The notes beneath the pieces were generated by a model. That model ran no database searches and was not told the origin of the DNA. It saw only the letters and a list, made by a program, of their open reading frames with translations. From Octopus bimaculoides (Eukaryota), in contig NC_068981.1 of assembly GCF_001194135.2 (NCBI RefSeq), forward strand, positions 72,786,469 through 72,839,318: a DNA stretch of 52,850 bases. The letters are read 5' to 3'. Below are positions 23,065-36,354 of the stretch, one piece after another. The position numbers and the translations under genes are program-made. Numbering within the stretch: position 1 is the stretch's first letter; each line of letters opens with the position of its first letter.

Positions 23065-25201
23065 ATTTTATGTTTGACTTTTGCTCTGCATTTGTACAAG
23101 TTGGCTCCAAGTCTATCCCAGAGACCTCAACAGACAACAAGTTAGAACTTCATGTTGGTGTTATGCCTAGGGTGTCATATTTGGTTTTTATATTTGGTTT
23201 TGTACAAAGTATTGATCTAGAGAATATTTAAGAAAACATAAGAAAATTATCAGTTTGTTTTAAAATTTGAGTATTTTACGTAGAATATGGGCATTTCTCA
23301 TGAGCACTATCTTTTGAATTTCTGCGATTTTGGGGTTTCCTGGTATCTGAGCTATGTAGCAATCAACCCCTTTTGCTATCATTTACTAGGGCACCTGTAA
23401 CAACAGGTATTGTTTTAGCCTTGAGGTTCCACATTTTGCTAATTTTTATTTCAAGTTTTTGGTAGGTTTTGACAGATACATTTATATCGATTGGGACAGT
23501 CATATCAATAGGGAGGCATGATTTTTGTCTGAAGTCTTTCAATATAATGTCTGGCCTATTGACATCTATCGTTCTGTCAGTGTGAATGGTGAAGTTCCAG
23601 AAGAATGAGATGTGATCATTTTTAAGTACTGGAGGTGATTTGTGTTTCCACCAGTCTTTATCATGGGGCAGGTCCAGGTTTTTGCAAATTACCCAGTGAA
23701 TATATTGCGCAGCTCTATCATGCTTGTTAAGTTACACTGTAGGTGTAAGTAGACTGCACATGGAGACAACACGATCAATTGTGTCATTTTGTTGTTGACA
23801 TACACGACATGTTGGGAAGCTACCGTTTTTTAATATGCTGGCCTGGTAGTTTCTTGTAGGTATGCATTGATCTTGGGCTGCTATGATAAGCCCTTGTGCT
23901 TCTGATTTTAAGCCAGAAGCCATTAGCCATTAAGGGCTTTGTCAACATCGCATTATTAGCTCTCTTTGTAATTTGCCATTGAGAGGTTTTACTTGCCATT
24001 TATCGGTAAGAATATCTAAGGCAGCAGTTTTAGCACGAGTTTTCATACGCTTAGCTTCTTCTCTGCTTGTTTCTAGTAAGTCAAATTCTGGAATTTGTTG
24101 TATTTGGAATTCACTTATATATTCCTTTGCCTGTTTTGTTACTGAGTGTGATGCTTTCTTGTTTTCATGTTTTGAGACAAGTTTTAACATCCAGTCCTCA
24201 GAGTTTCTCAGGTAGATGTCTAGGCCAATTGTGGTAATCTTCATTGTTAATGCCAATTGTAAATGTGCACAGCCAACCTCTTTTCTTGGTAGGTAAAGTT
24301 CTATATCTGCCTTAGGGTGGTGCATTCTATGCATTGTCAACAATTTTCGTATTTTTCTGTCAAGATTACATATTTCAGTAATTGACCAGTTAATGATATT
24401 GAAACTGTAAGTCACGACTGGTATGGCTAAAGTATTGATCGCTTCGATCCTGTTTCTTGAATTCAGCTGTGTCTTTAGTATTGCTCTTACCCTGCGATAA
24501 CATTCTTTTCTGATCCTTTTCGTCATCACTGAATGTTTGATTCTGTCCCTTTCAAATACTCATAGGTATTTGTAGCTCTCCACTGGTTCTAACTCTTTTA
24601 TGACATTCTGCTGGTCAAGGTTAACGTTAGATGCTTCTGTCATTTTTCCTTTGATAAAGGTAGCTTTTGCACATTTATCGAGGCTAAATTGCATCCTGAT
24701 GTCATCACTGAATTGTTTAACAATCGCTAGTAAGCCCTTGCGTTGTTGGTTATTTTTTGCAAAGAGCTTTAACTCATCCATGTAAATGAGATGATTTATA
24801 TTTTTATCAAACATTTTATAACTGTAATGTACATCATTGAGCAATTTCGAAAGAGGTATTAAGGCTAGACAGAAGAGGAGTGGTGATGGAGAGTCACCCT
24901 GGAAAATGTCACATGAAATTCTTACATCTCCAGCATTAAGAGATTCATTGTCACTGTTCAACGTCAGTGTGGTTCTCCGTGATCTCATACTTACAGGCAA
25001 AAAGTATCGTAGGGTAGGTGCTATTTATTACATTTCCAAACATTTCTTAATTCAGCTATGTGGTAGGCTGTCAAAAGCCTTTTTACAGTCCATCCAGGCT
25101 ATTGACAAGTTTTTGTGTCGCTTGTGACAACCTTTTAAGATCATCTTATTGATGAGTAGCTGATCTTTACACCACAGGATCCATGTTTACATCCTTTTTG
25201 C

Positions 25202-25202
<1 letters not shown>
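23065..25202 (-). mobile_element. 5'-truncated, decayed R4/Dong-clade non-LTR retrotransposon (RT + CCHC-like finger + RLE endonuclease + 3' UTR)
   Basis: Broken frames give QKGC...KDQLLINKMIL...AWMDCKKAFDS, IFQGDSPSPLLFCLALIPLSKLL, HLIYMDELKLFAK, YKYL, ADIELYLPRKE, AAQDQ..PTRNY, CRVC...DRVVSMC, and WNFTIHTDRTIDVNRPDII...IDMTVP. Stops and frameshifts are present. (TTA)n flanks both ends. Confidence 0.92.
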
Positions 25203-25262
<60 letters not shown>

Positions 25263-25279
25263 TATTATTATTATTATTA
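25203..25279. repeat. (TTA)n microsatellite at the 5' truncation point of the Dong-like LINE
   Basis: Direct reading. Confidence 0.95.
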
Positions 25280-25419
25280 TGATGATTTACACTGTTAAGC
25301 AATAAAGGTTTTTCACCGAAAACAATTACTATATGATTTAGTGGACGTATCCTCTATTCATTTGGGAATTTGTTAAAACAGTATAGAGCCTGGCTGAAAG
25401 CTTTACAGTATCTAATTTC

Positions 25420-25520
25420 AACACTCTACGCTCTGACTCGACTTCGCATTTCTAACTTCTGGGGTCGATAAAATAGGTAGAAAACATATTGGGGTCGATC
25501 TAATAATCATATCCATTCCT
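25420..25520 (+). mobile_element. Degenerate SINE family A fragment
   Basis: ctggggtcgataaaataggtag...ttggggtcgatctaat. Confidence 0.5.
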
Positions 25521-25802
25521 ACATATTTCCAAGCGTTCAGGACAAACTATTTTTTTTAAAAATCGATATTTTTTCAAACTCCATTATCTGTCTCTTCCTA
25601 TATCATGTTGTTCCATGTCTTTCGCTTCTTCACACATTTTCTGCAATGCTTAAACAGTATTTGTTATTTTCTCTTCAGCAAAAAGATTATTCATTCCTTA
25701 ATTCTCTTTCTCATGTCATTCATAGCCACTGGCACATGATATATTGCCATATATCCTGTTACCTTCCTTATTGTTTCCTTTCATATATTTTATGTCCCTG
25801 CT

Positions 25803-25804
<2 letters not shown>

Positions 25805-25876
<72 letters not shown>

Positions 25877-25877
25877 T

Positions 25878-25931
<54 letters not shown>
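25805..25931. repeat. (CAT)n microsatellite
   Basis: Direct reading. It produces the spurious poly-His/Asp/Ser ORFs. Confidence 0.95.
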
Positions 25932-25935
<4 letters not shown>

Positions 25936-27551
25936 TCATCATTTGAATGTTCCATTAATGATTCTGTTTAGCATTTCAGTATCTCTTTTATTAAAACTGA
26001 ATCACATTTATCACATACTGCTATTGAAACCGTTCGATAGCTTATGGTATACCCTAAATATTTGTCAAATGACTCCAGATTTAGAGGAGAATTTCATCTT
26101 TATTTGGATTTATTTCGTGCTTGTTTATCTAATATTCCCACTCTAAGCTGTGGAAGTTAGTAAGTTAATTCTCACCATGACAGAAATAGATGTGTATATG
26201 AATGCGCACAGAAAAATTGTGAGCCTGGCAAAATGGCTTCCAGTATTTAGTTACATCTCTTTACGTTGTAGTTAAATCCTCTCGGAGTAGACTTTTACAT
26301 TTATCATACTGGTGTCAATAAACTGAGTAATAGTCTAGCCATTATTTAATTGACTGAGCACCCAAAAGTCGTTTGGTATGGTATTACACCAATATTAGAA
26401 ATCATTATGGAGTTCATAAGATCTATGGAAATTGTTATCATTGGAGTTCAATCTGTTTCAGAGTTTAGTTTCACTTTCCTTAGCTCCACGTTCAAATTTA
26501 CTTTTATTTTACCACAGTTAGAATATATTCCAGTAAAATGTTGGATTCACTTTACTCGGTTCACCTTCTGTGTTATGAATTGATATGTGCGATTATTCAT
26601 TATCATAATAGTTTGTAGACTTACAAAGGAATATGTTTCTCTTGTCAAAAAATATGAGTTCCCAAGCTGAAGCACCCGGCCTAGCTAGAGTACTGCGCTT
26701 TGGTTTTTCATTAGGTAGGGGTTAAAGCGAACCAGCTTTTAATTGGTAAGCTTGCCCTTGAACATTAAAAGTTGACATCCTTTCTTCTTTTGCACTTGAC
26801 ATATAGTAAGCGAATGGAAATCGACCCAGAAATAAACACGAGAGCGATAGATACGTATTTCTCCGTGAATTCAGCTTATAAACACTAGGCACTCATGTCA
26901 CTTCCGAAGGGAAATTGAAATTTTGTAGTAAATACAGATAGTGTGAAAAAATATTTGCTAATTTGTAAAGGTGCTGCAAAACTAGAATAAATTCGGATTA
27001 TAAATTCAGTAATTTTTTCACTATCTGTATATACTTCAGAGATTTCGTATAAACAACAATTACGGCAAAATACGTCTCTACCACCCTCGTGTTCACTTCT
27101 GGGACGATTTGGTTTCTGTAGTATACTATTTTTTTTAACACTATATGTTTTTTAATGAATGTTTTCCGGACTATAAATCGCGGTTTCTGGCGTTTAAACA
27201 ACACCTGCACGTTAAGTATGTGGTAATAGCATTTACGTTATAAAGCTGCTTCTGTTGCATAATCTGAATATATATATATATATATTTAACATAAAGAAAA
27301 TTTACAGTCATGGAGCTTAACACCTGAAAATTGAATAAATATAAGCAAATTTAAAAGTAAAACATTTAGCGAAACACTGCTACACCTTCTATGGTACTTG
27401 AAATTGAAACCGTATATCAATTTTCCGAACATATTTTTAAATGAAGAAGTTCAATAACTACATTTTTTTCACAATATATTGAATAAACTAAGTCATCTAA
27501 GAGAGGTGGGTGAGAAAGTACGTGCATGTTTTTTTGTGTGCGTATGTGTGT

Positions 27552-27553
27552 GA

Positions 27554-27597
<44 letters not shown>

Positions 27598-27797
27598 AAA
27601 AGGAAGGAAGGAAAGAAAGAAAGAAAGAAAGAAAAAGAAAAAAGGAAGGAAAGAAAGAAAGAAAGAAAGAAAGAAGGAAAGAAAGAAAGAAAGAAAGAAG
27701 GAAAGAAAGAAAGAAAGAAAGAAAGAAGGAAAGAAAGAAAGAAAGAAAGAAAGGAGGAAAGAAAGAAAGAAGGAAAGAAAGAAAGAAAGAAAGAAGA
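27552..27797. repeat. (GAAA)n/(GGAA)n microsatellite
   Basis: Direct reading. Confidence 0.95.
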
Positions 27798-28472
27798 AGT
27801 TAGAGTGGGTAGCATAAATGTGAGGTACAGAGGGAAGGAAAGCTTTATCACTCCATAGCAAGCATCAGTCTTTCGTCATCTCCAGATCTTCATTGCGTAT
27901 TCTCTTCCTGTTACCTACAAAGTGACTGTCGTTATTCTGTTTACATCTGGGATCTCCCTATAAAAATTCGACGGTTCGTCATCAAATAGGGTCATTGCTT
28001 AATGACAAACATCAGAGCCTATAGCTAGAGACTTACAATGATATTTAAAAGGGATACTTGATGAATTAGCTGTGCATATATTCAATTAGAATTTATATAT
28101 GTAAATATCCCTCCAAACAAATCTGCTCTCAATGTTACCACTTCAAATAAATTGGGAAAAAGTTTAATTTTAGAATGAAGAGCTATTATGATGATCCCTA
28201 TAATCCTTTGGATTTCCAAGACATGACTTACAACTTCATTGTCTTGTAATGTAGCTTGCTTTGCTCCTGCCTAAATGTAATACTTTAAGCTAACAAAATA
28301 CTCATTCATCATCTAGCTACAAAGCCAATGTGAGGTTAAATGTCTTGACTACAATTTCCAAACACCGTACTGTAATGAGTCATTAAAATATCCAGCTGGC
28401 ACTACAATATCCTAAAATTTTAGTTTGCTGAAAATTTCGGAATTATAGCGCAATATAAGAGATTGGTCTAAC

Positions 28473-28683
28473 GCAGCGAGCCGGCAGAAACGTTAGCACG
28501 CCGGGTAAAAAGCTGAGTAGCGTTTCATCCGTCTCCATGTTCCGTGTTCAAACTCCACCGAGGTTGACTTTGCTTTTCGATCTTTCGTGGTTGATAAAAT
28601 AAATATCAGTTGAAAACTGGGGTCGATGTAATCGACTTAACCCGGCCCCAGAATTGCTGGCCTTGTCCCAAAATTTTAAACCA
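28473..28683 (+). mobile_element. SINE family A copy
   Basis: gcagcgagccggcagaaacgttagcacgccggg...gaggttgactttgcttttc...ctggggtcgatgtaatcgactt...aaaattttaaacc. Confidence 0.85.
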
Positions 28684-28984
28684 AAATCGGCGAATGGTTT
28701 ATTTGCGTTTTCGAGTGAACTGAAAGAAGTAATTTTTTGTTTGCATTTTTAGTCATATTTTAAAGTTCAAGCAGAAAGATAGGGTAAGTTTATCATTAAA
28801 ACTCACCTTCATTTGAGAGAAAGCATACACTTTAATTTAAATAAGCACATTTTACTACAATGAATTTTATCGTCATACTTAGCTTGAAAGACCGTTACCA
28901 TTAATGGAATGTCTATCTGTTACTTGTTGCTGTTTGTTCCTTCTGGAGCCATGCTTGGCTCATAAGGGACGCCGGTCCGATACA

Positions 28985-29187
28985 GGTGAGCTGCTAGATG
29001 CAGGAGGAAACAGTGAGAGAAAGTTGCGTCAAAAGAGTCAGCAGAAGTTCGCCCTTACCTTCTGCCGGAGCTGCGTAGAGCTTACGTGTTACGCTCATAA
29101 ACGCACACATCGCTTGGTCTGAGATTCGAACCCACGATCCCTCGACCGCGAGTCCGCAACTCTAACCGCTAAGCCATGTGCCTCCAC
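28985..29187 (-). mobile_element. Older relative of SINE family C, tRNA-derived head
   Basis: Reverse strand reads GTGGAGGCACATGGCTTAGCGGTTAGAGTTGCGGACTCGCGGTCGAGGGATCGTGGGTTCGAATCTC (A and B boxes), colinear with 47004-46810. Confidence 0.8.
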
Positions 29188-29622
29188 ATATCTATCATTT
29201 TCTCTTGCTCGATTATTTTTTGTTTTGTTTTTTCGGTAAGAACTAGTTTCGCTACGAATTTAGTTGCCGTTAAATATATTAATCGAAGAAATCATATTCT
29301 TTCAAAAAAATTTGAAGAGATTTGTGCAAGACACTTGAAGTACTTTTTTATTATTTCCTAAATTCGAGATATTAAATATAGTTCCAAGTGGGAAATTTAC
29401 TTTTCAAATATACAAAAGTTAATAAAAAATATTTGGCTCCAAAAAGTCTGCATTTGACACTTTGTTTTTTCAAGCTCACATAACTGTCATTAGTATGCAA
29501 TATAATAGATTACAAAACGCCAGTCAGATTTGTGTATTTTTAACAAATTAAATCATTTTTTTAGAAAATGATTTTAAAACTTTTGTGTTGTAATCCTATG
29601 CTGATTCAATGATGAAAATATA

Positions 29623-30057
29623 CACTGGACCGCAAAAGAAACGTGTGACTGTGAACTATGTTTCAATTTTGATAAATCTGATAAAGTTAATGGGTCGTTG
29701 TCATGTGTTCTGGTAGTGGGCGGATCCAGCACATCAAGATTGTAGGGCATGACATGTTCAATACTGTGTACATCCTCCCTGGGTGTTCAAAACGGCTTAC
29801 ACTGTCGGTACATGGAGTGCCTGAGGCGCTTCACAAAAGTTATTGGCACCTGTGCCAACACCCCGAGGAAAGCTGCCTCCAGTTCCACACGAGCTGTCGG
29901 CCTTGGGACCACCTGGTTGAGCCGTCCCTCGATTTAATCCCACAGGTGTTCAATTGGGTTCAAATCAGGACTGAGAGCCGGTCACGGCATGGTTCTGATG
30001 TTATGCAGACGCAGGAACTTTATGATAATCCTGGCCGTATAGGAGGGAGCATCACGT
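29623..30057 (-). mobile_element. Tc1-type transposase 3' relic with one terminal repeat
   Basis: Minus frame APSYTARIIIKFLRLHNIRTMP*PALSPDLNPIEHLWD*IEGRL... carries the Tc1 WPxxSPDLNPIE motif. TA|CACTG terminus at 29621-29627. The partner terminus was not found. Confidence 0.8.
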
Positions 30058-30254
30058 GGCTATGGTGATACGCGAAGAAGGGCATGAACCAGTATGTCTT
30101 GAAATATTTACACTTACATCTCCGAAATAAATTTTCAGAATTTACCATATAAAAATGACATTTGAAGAAATCGCGTTTCTCTTGTGGTTCAGTGTACATC
30201 TCAATGTTAATGTCCTTGAAAAGGCAGTGAGTTGGAAGAATCATTAGAACACCA

Positions 30255-30432
30255 GAAAAAATACTTATCGGCATTTCGCTTGTCTTCACATTCTAAGTTC
30301 AAAATTAGCCAAGGTCGATTGCCTTTCATTCTTTCGAGGTCATTAAAATAAGTACCAGTCAAACGCTGGGATTGATGTAATCCATTTAACTCCTTCTCCG
30401 AAATTGCTGCTCTTCTGCCAAAATTTTAAACC
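30255..30432 (+). mobile_element. SINE family A copy (5' part missing)
   Basis: cggcatttcg...ttctaagttcaaaattagccaaggtcgattgcctttcattctttcgaggtc...ataagtaccagt...aaaattttaaacc. Confidence 0.8.
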
Positions 30433-30779
30433 AATATTAATGTACTTGCTGTTTTTTTAGCCCTAGGAGCAGTCACCGGGCAAGTCTCAGTCTGTGTGAC
30501 ATCGAGGACTACAAGCTGCAATAATATCTCCTTTCATTTTTCGTTAGGTAAATGTGTGCAGTTGGAAGGGGATTTGGTTGCTATTTCTAGCAGATGGAAC
30601 AAATACGCAGAGGCTTCTCGTCCTTACCTTTATATTAATGTAATGTAAAATCTCTAGCTACATAAAACATCTTCGTAGGTCTCTTTCATGTAGCTGTATC
30701 ATGGTCTACTGAAGACGCGGAGTTCGATTCCATTGAGTAATCTTGTCTACGTTTCTTTGTGAAAGTGTGTGGATTAATG

Positions 30780-30900
30780 TTGATCGCACGATTGTGGTTC
30801 AATTCCTAGACCGAGTAATGCATTGTGTCCTTGAGCAGGATACTTCATTTCATGTTGCTCCAGTTTACTCATCTGTAATGAATACTAACCGAGTGCTGGT
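30780..30900 (+). mobile_element. Degenerate CORE-like SINE fragment
   Basis: gtggttcaattcc (B-box-like) followed by tgtgtccttgagcaggatacttcattt. Confidence 0.45.
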
Positions 30901-31318
30901 GCAGCTCTATCTCTCTTTTCACTCTCTCTCTCTCTCTCCCTTTCTCTCCGTCCCTTTCTCTCCCTCCCTTTCTCTCCCTCTCTAGGTCACTGTCTCTCTA
31001 TCTGTCTGTCTGTCTCTCTCTCTCCCCTCCTCTCTTCAGTTGTCACGTTTTCGATGTTCTACTGGTTAGGGTAGAAGGGTCTAGAGGATATCCATGTCAA
31101 CTCGCGACTACATAGGCACCTAAAACAATTAGCGAAGCCTTGGCACAGTTTTAGAAGGGATATTTGGTCACGATTCACAATTGACTTTTTTTTTTCATAT
31201 ATAACGCCTTATACATAATTTATAAAGCATTTTTGTACTCTATATCTCACTATGTAAATATATATCATGCTTTCCTTAATAATTACTACACCACATTTCA
31301 TTTGACTTATTTTCACAG

Positions 31319-31501
31319 AGGGACAACTTAGGCCACGTTCAGTTGATTTACAACGAAATGTCAACCGCTATGGACACAGAACCAACCAATATGAGTTGCC
31401 AAATCTCATACTTCGTCGTGGTCAACCATTCGAAATACATATTGTGTTTGACCGAAACTTTGTACCATCTGACGATACAATTGTTCTAAAATTTGTTACT
31501 G
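31319..31501 (+). CDS. Transglutaminase exon, N-terminal beta-sandwich (equivalent to vertebrate TGM2 exon 2)
   Basis: tttcacag|AG ... ACT G|gtaagt. Translates (E)GQLRPRSVDLQRNVNRYGHRTNQYELPNLILRRGQPFEIHIVFDRNFVPSDDTIVLKFVT(G), containing the transglutaminase N-domain signature H-x-T-x-x-Y...L-I-L-R-R-G-Q-x-F. Confidence 0.95.
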
Positions 31502-31533
31502 GTAAGTATCATTTAAACATACATAAATACGCA

Positions 31534-31595
<62 letters not shown>

Positions 31596-31607
31596 TACAG
31601 AATAATA

Positions 31608-32483
31608 CAGGGTGCAGTGAATAAATTGTCATCTAAATTACTCAAAAATTTAAATAAGACTAACATCTCATTTTAACAGATATATTTATCAAAGTTATAT
31701 AAAAATATCTTGAAATACTAAAGAGTAAATTTATTCAATGAAATCGCCATTGGTTTCAACCACGGCCTCCAGACGACTTCGAGATCTCCTGCAACTCTTC
31801 TGGGTGGTTTAAGTTCGTGAATGCTGCCATAATCCTTACCTTCAGTTCATCTTTGGTGTTACAAGTTTTCTTGGTCTCTCGCTCAACTGCGCCCCACACA
31901 TAATAATTAGCGGGGTTGCAGTCAGGGGAGTTAGGTGATCAGGTGTTAGGGGTGATGTGGTCATAGAAATTGTCTGACAGCCATGACTGGGTTCTCCTGC
32001 TTGTATGACATGGTGCAGAGTCCTGTTGCCAGACATAGGGTCTTTCAGCAGCCACCCTGCCGACCCAAGGCAGCACTACCTCCACCAGGCACTTGATGTA
32101 GGCCTCCGTGTTGAATCTGAGGCCGTGTGGGAAGATGACTGGAGGCATAATGTCACCATCACTAGTGATCGCTCCAAAAGCCATGATGTTGGCCAGATGC
32201 TTGAGTTTTATCACTCTCGGTACATGTTTTGGGGACACGGCAGCTCAACGTACTGACACCCAAACAGTCTGAAATGTCCGTATTGGAGCCTCCAGCGCAA
32301 ATGCCAAACAGTACAACATGTCGTTCCTAAATTTCTGGCAGAGTGAATTGCGTTATGGTGTTGTTTTTCTCATAGGAGGTGCTTAACTGATACTACTATA
32401 CTGTGTGGTCGACAAAATCAAAAACAATGCGCATGCGCGAAATTCAAAGTATAAAATGGTGACAATTTACCTATCGCACCCTA
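31608..32483 (-). mobile_element. Internally deleted DD37D (maT/mori-type) Tc1/mariner element
   Basis: Imperfect TIRs cagggtgc...taaattgtca (31608-31631) and tgacaattta...gcacccta (32460-32483), with TA at the left end. Protein IMAFGAITSDG...YVWQQDSAPCHTSRRTQSWL...T*SPNSPDCNPANYYVWG has 37 residues between QQD and the third catalytic position (here N). Confidence 0.82.
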
Positions 32484-32532
<49 letters not shown>

Positions 32533-33826
32533 NNNNNNNNNNNNNNNNNNNNNNNNNNNNNNNNNNNNNNNNNNNNNNNNNNNNNNNNNNNNNNNNNNNN
32601 NNNNNNNNNNNNNNNNNNNNNNNNNNNNNNNNNNNNNNNNNNNNNNNNNNNNNNNNNNNNNNNNNNNNNNNNNNNNNNNNNNNNNNNNNNNNNNNNNNNN
32701 NNNNNNNNNNNNNNNNNNNNNNNNNNNNNNNNNNNNNNNNNNNNNNNNNNNNNNNNNNNNNNNNNNNNNNNNNNNNNNNNNNNNNNNNNNNNNNNNNNNN
32801 NNNNNNNNNNNNNNNNNNNNNNNNNNNNNNNNNNNNNNNNNNNNNNNNNNNNNNNNNNNNNNNNNNNNNNNNNNNNNNNNNNNNNNNNNNNNNNNNNNNN
32901 NNNNNNNNNNNNNNNNNNNNNNNNNNNNNNNNNNNNNNNNNNNNNNNNNNNNNNNNNNNNNNNNNNNNNNNNNNNNNNNNNNNNNNNNNNNNNNNNNNNN
33001 NNNNNNNNNNNNNNNNNNNNNNNNNNNNNNNNNNNNNNNNNNNNNNNNNNNNNNATATATATATATATATATATATACCGATACATATAGAACTATACAT
33101 GACCACATCAACACAGATATATAAGTATCTTTTAGGCGTGTTTGGTTTTAAAAATAGACAGATTTATGAGACGTAAAATATGTTTCTTATTAGACTAGCA
33201 AATAAACAAATTTTAACGATGCTAGGCTATTTGTTTGTGCGTGCGTGTGTGTGTGTGTGGTTGCATGTAGGTGCGTGTTTGCGAATGTGTGCGTGTGTAC
33301 GAGCATGTGTGCGTGCGTGTGTGTGTGTGGTTGCATGTACGTGCGTGTTTACGAATGTGTGCGTGTGTGTGTGTGTGTGTGTGTTTCTTCTGTTTTGCTT
33401 TTTACCTCCTCCTTAAATAATCACCAAGTTATTGGACCCACTGAGTTACCTCGACATGTTATTGGTATTTGTTCTGTTGTGTCATTTGAATGAAAGGCAA
33501 AGTAAAAGTTCCACTGACCAAATTATTATTGTCAAGTTATTAAAATACATATGAAAATGTTGGACAATTATTGTAAGCAATCTGCTCAATATTGCAAGCA
33601 AATCTCACTCACATCACCAAATTCAACGTATAGATAAGACAGTATGGTCTTGGATACTGCTTAAAAGATGTGACAGCTACCTATTTAACTGTAGCTAAAC
33701 AACAACCACATATAGTGTGGGTCGATACAATTTTCTGTACCAGCTGTATTACTATCAAGAATGAAATTCAAGATGGTCAGTTGGTGCAAACTACAGTACT
33801 CGCTGTACATTAACAGACTGAATGTG

Positions 33827-33938
33827 GTTGCCCTTGCCTTTAGTTGCTCTTGTCTTTAGTTGCTCTTGCTTTTAGTTGCTCTTGCCTTTTGTTGCTCTTG
33901 TCTGTAATTGCTCTTGTCTCTAGTTGCTTTTGCCTTTA
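33827..33938 (+). repeat. 16-bp minisatellite, 7 copies (consensus gttgctcttgyctyta)
   Basis: Units at 33827, 33843, 33859, 33875, 33891, 33907 and 33923. Confidence 0.9.
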
Positions 33939-34261
33939 CGTTCTGACTTTTAATGCGGCCGGAATCTACAAGGATTTTCGAATCACACAGTAGGTTAAAT
34001 AGATAGTTTAATGCGTTGCATTATTTTTAATTGACTATTACGATCCTTAGTGAAAAAAAAAAAGAAAAAAATCTTTGGACTTAGTCTAAAGAAATTAGCA
34101 AAACTACCTTGACAATTCACGCCATGTACATTTATATTTTTGATAAAGGTACAAATGTTACATATTCTCATCGAACTATATCGAAAATTCCTTCAATCTT
34201 CTTTAAAATTTTGACTTTTTGTCGAAAACCAAAAGAAGATGGACTGTAGTTTTATTTGGTT

Positions 34262-34430
34262 GAGGGTAAGTCGAGATTATATACACCAGTCCTGGACGGG
34301 TACTTTATTTTTTCAACTCCTTCAAGGACGAAAGACAAAGTTGATCTCTACAGGATTTGAACTCAGAACATAAAGAGACATAAAAATAACTGCCAGATAT
34401 TTTTCCGTCGGTCAAACGATTCAATCAACT
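34262..34430 (-). mobile_element. SINE family A copy, degenerate
   Basis: gggtactttatttttt...aaggacgaaagacaaagttgatctc...ggatttgaactcagaac is the reverse complement of the family A core. Confidence 0.7.
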
Positions 34431-35072
34431 TATTATTTTATACTAGCTATCTAACAGTTTGAAGCAATTACCTAAACAGTTTTCTCCCTGCATCTCACCC
34501 AAAATATATTACAAAAAGAAACCATAGTGATATTTTTTGAAGTTTGGTTTAAGATAGATTACTGTTAGATATTTTATTATGCCCCTTTAGGATGCCATTT
34601 CAGAACATAGAAAGGATCAAAGTACTGTAATACGGGAAATGAACAAATATCTCTGTTCCTTATTATTCCCTCCTCGGTGTGTTTATGTGAATGTGTATGT
34701 ATTTTTTGCCTGTCCGTCTCTTTGTGTATATGTATGCATGTGTAAGTGTCTCTGTGTGTATGTATGTATGTATGTATGTATGCATGTAAGTACGTGTGTA
34801 TGTACGTATGTATGCATGACATCTAATCAAAAACATATGTCCACAGCCTTCCTCTTTTCTCCAGAGACAATCAGACTGTCCTTCCGTTAATTACAGTCAA
34901 TTTTGAGGAATTCTTGACTTTTCAAATTAGTTTCCCTCATGACTATCAAGATGATGCTGAAATTCGAAAGAAGCACAACAGGTTATGTGACTGTCATAAT
35001 ATGAATAAATAACCAAAATTCTACATTGTACTCTATGCTTTTGAGTATTATACTACATACACACACGCGCGT

Positions 35073-35106
<34 letters not shown>

Positions 35107-36317
35107 NNNNNNNNNNNNNNNNNNNNNNNNNNNNNNNNNNNNNNNNNNNNNNNNNNNNNNNNNNNNNNNNNNNNNNNNNNNNNNNNNNNNNNNNNNNNNN
35201 NNNNNNNNNNNNNNNNNNNNNNNNNNNNNNNNNNNNNNNNNNNNNNNNNATATATATATATATATATATACGTATATCTATATATAAATATATATAGATG
35301 GCAAGTATTTCATTAGATGACACTTATTCTTATTGTTGTTAATGTATGTTGTTTATCCTCATATCATTCCTAATCGAAGAGGCCTATTAGCGAAGTCGTT
35401 CCAACCGTGACTATCGAGTCCTTTTGTGTACCTAGTACTACATTTTCGAATGCGTCCTTCACTTTTTAAACAACACTGTGACTTGAGAGGAATTTGACTG
35501 TCATTTCTGACTGGTCGGTTAATTACGCAGAAGCCGCTTATTGTTTAAAGGGTGTTGCACTGCAATTAAAATAAACTTGCAGTAACCGATAATTGAAATT
35601 CACCTTCACGTGAGCTGAGTAGTTTCGTTGTGACATTAGTCTCTTCTTTTATCTACATATATTGACATTTGTTAAGTCAGATAAAGTAAAAATGGATGAA
35701 AGCAAGAAGGTTTTCGATGAAAAGATCCTTTGATATACTGCGTCGTTGATTTGTTGAACGTTCTGATCATCATTTGTAGCCACTTCACTTCTACATCACT
35801 AATACTTCGGAGAAATCCATTAAATTAGTAGAATGCCATTTTCAAGTTACATATTGAATAAACTTTTTCCTAGTTATGTATTAACTAACAACAATAGCAT
35901 TACTAGAATGTTCCAGTGAAAATCCTAATATGTAATATAAACATGGAACGCTCTGAATATATTTCAATTACGTAATTTCCTCTTCTAAATTGACTACCGT
36001 TTCTAGAAAATTATTCTGATAGCAATCGTTATGTCGATAGTAGATAGATATCTTTCAACTACATCTGCCATCTGATAGAATGGTATTATTCACATATAAA
36101 GGACTTCGTTTACAGTTTATAGAATAAATAATTGACTAGCATGTGTCACAATTTATTTCTTTTCATACAGAATACAATATTTTATTATAAGCTTTAGTCA
36201 TATGCTACACACAGTCTATTCTAGTATTTATATATGTGAGTGCGTATGAATGTATGTACAAATGTATGTGTGTATGTAAACATACATATATCTATATCTA
36301 TCTATATATAGATAGAT

Positions 36318-36354
<37 letters not shown>

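Noticed and set aside
23732-25000. Functional reverse transcriptase gene from ORFs 23732, 23942 and 24560 (-)
   Set aside because: The frame is broken by stops and frameshifts, the YxDD motif reads YMDE, the zinc-finger His is replaced by Arg, and the element is 5'-truncated.
28753-28783. Possible micro-exon (ttttag|...AGG|gtaagt) inside the long intron
   Set aside because: 31 nt would shift the frame, and read in the required phase it hits TAA at the fourth codon. It could only be non-coding or a poison exon, and I have no evidence for that.
33827-33938. CRISPR-like array
   Set aside because: Contiguous units without unique spacers, no cas genes, eukaryotic context.
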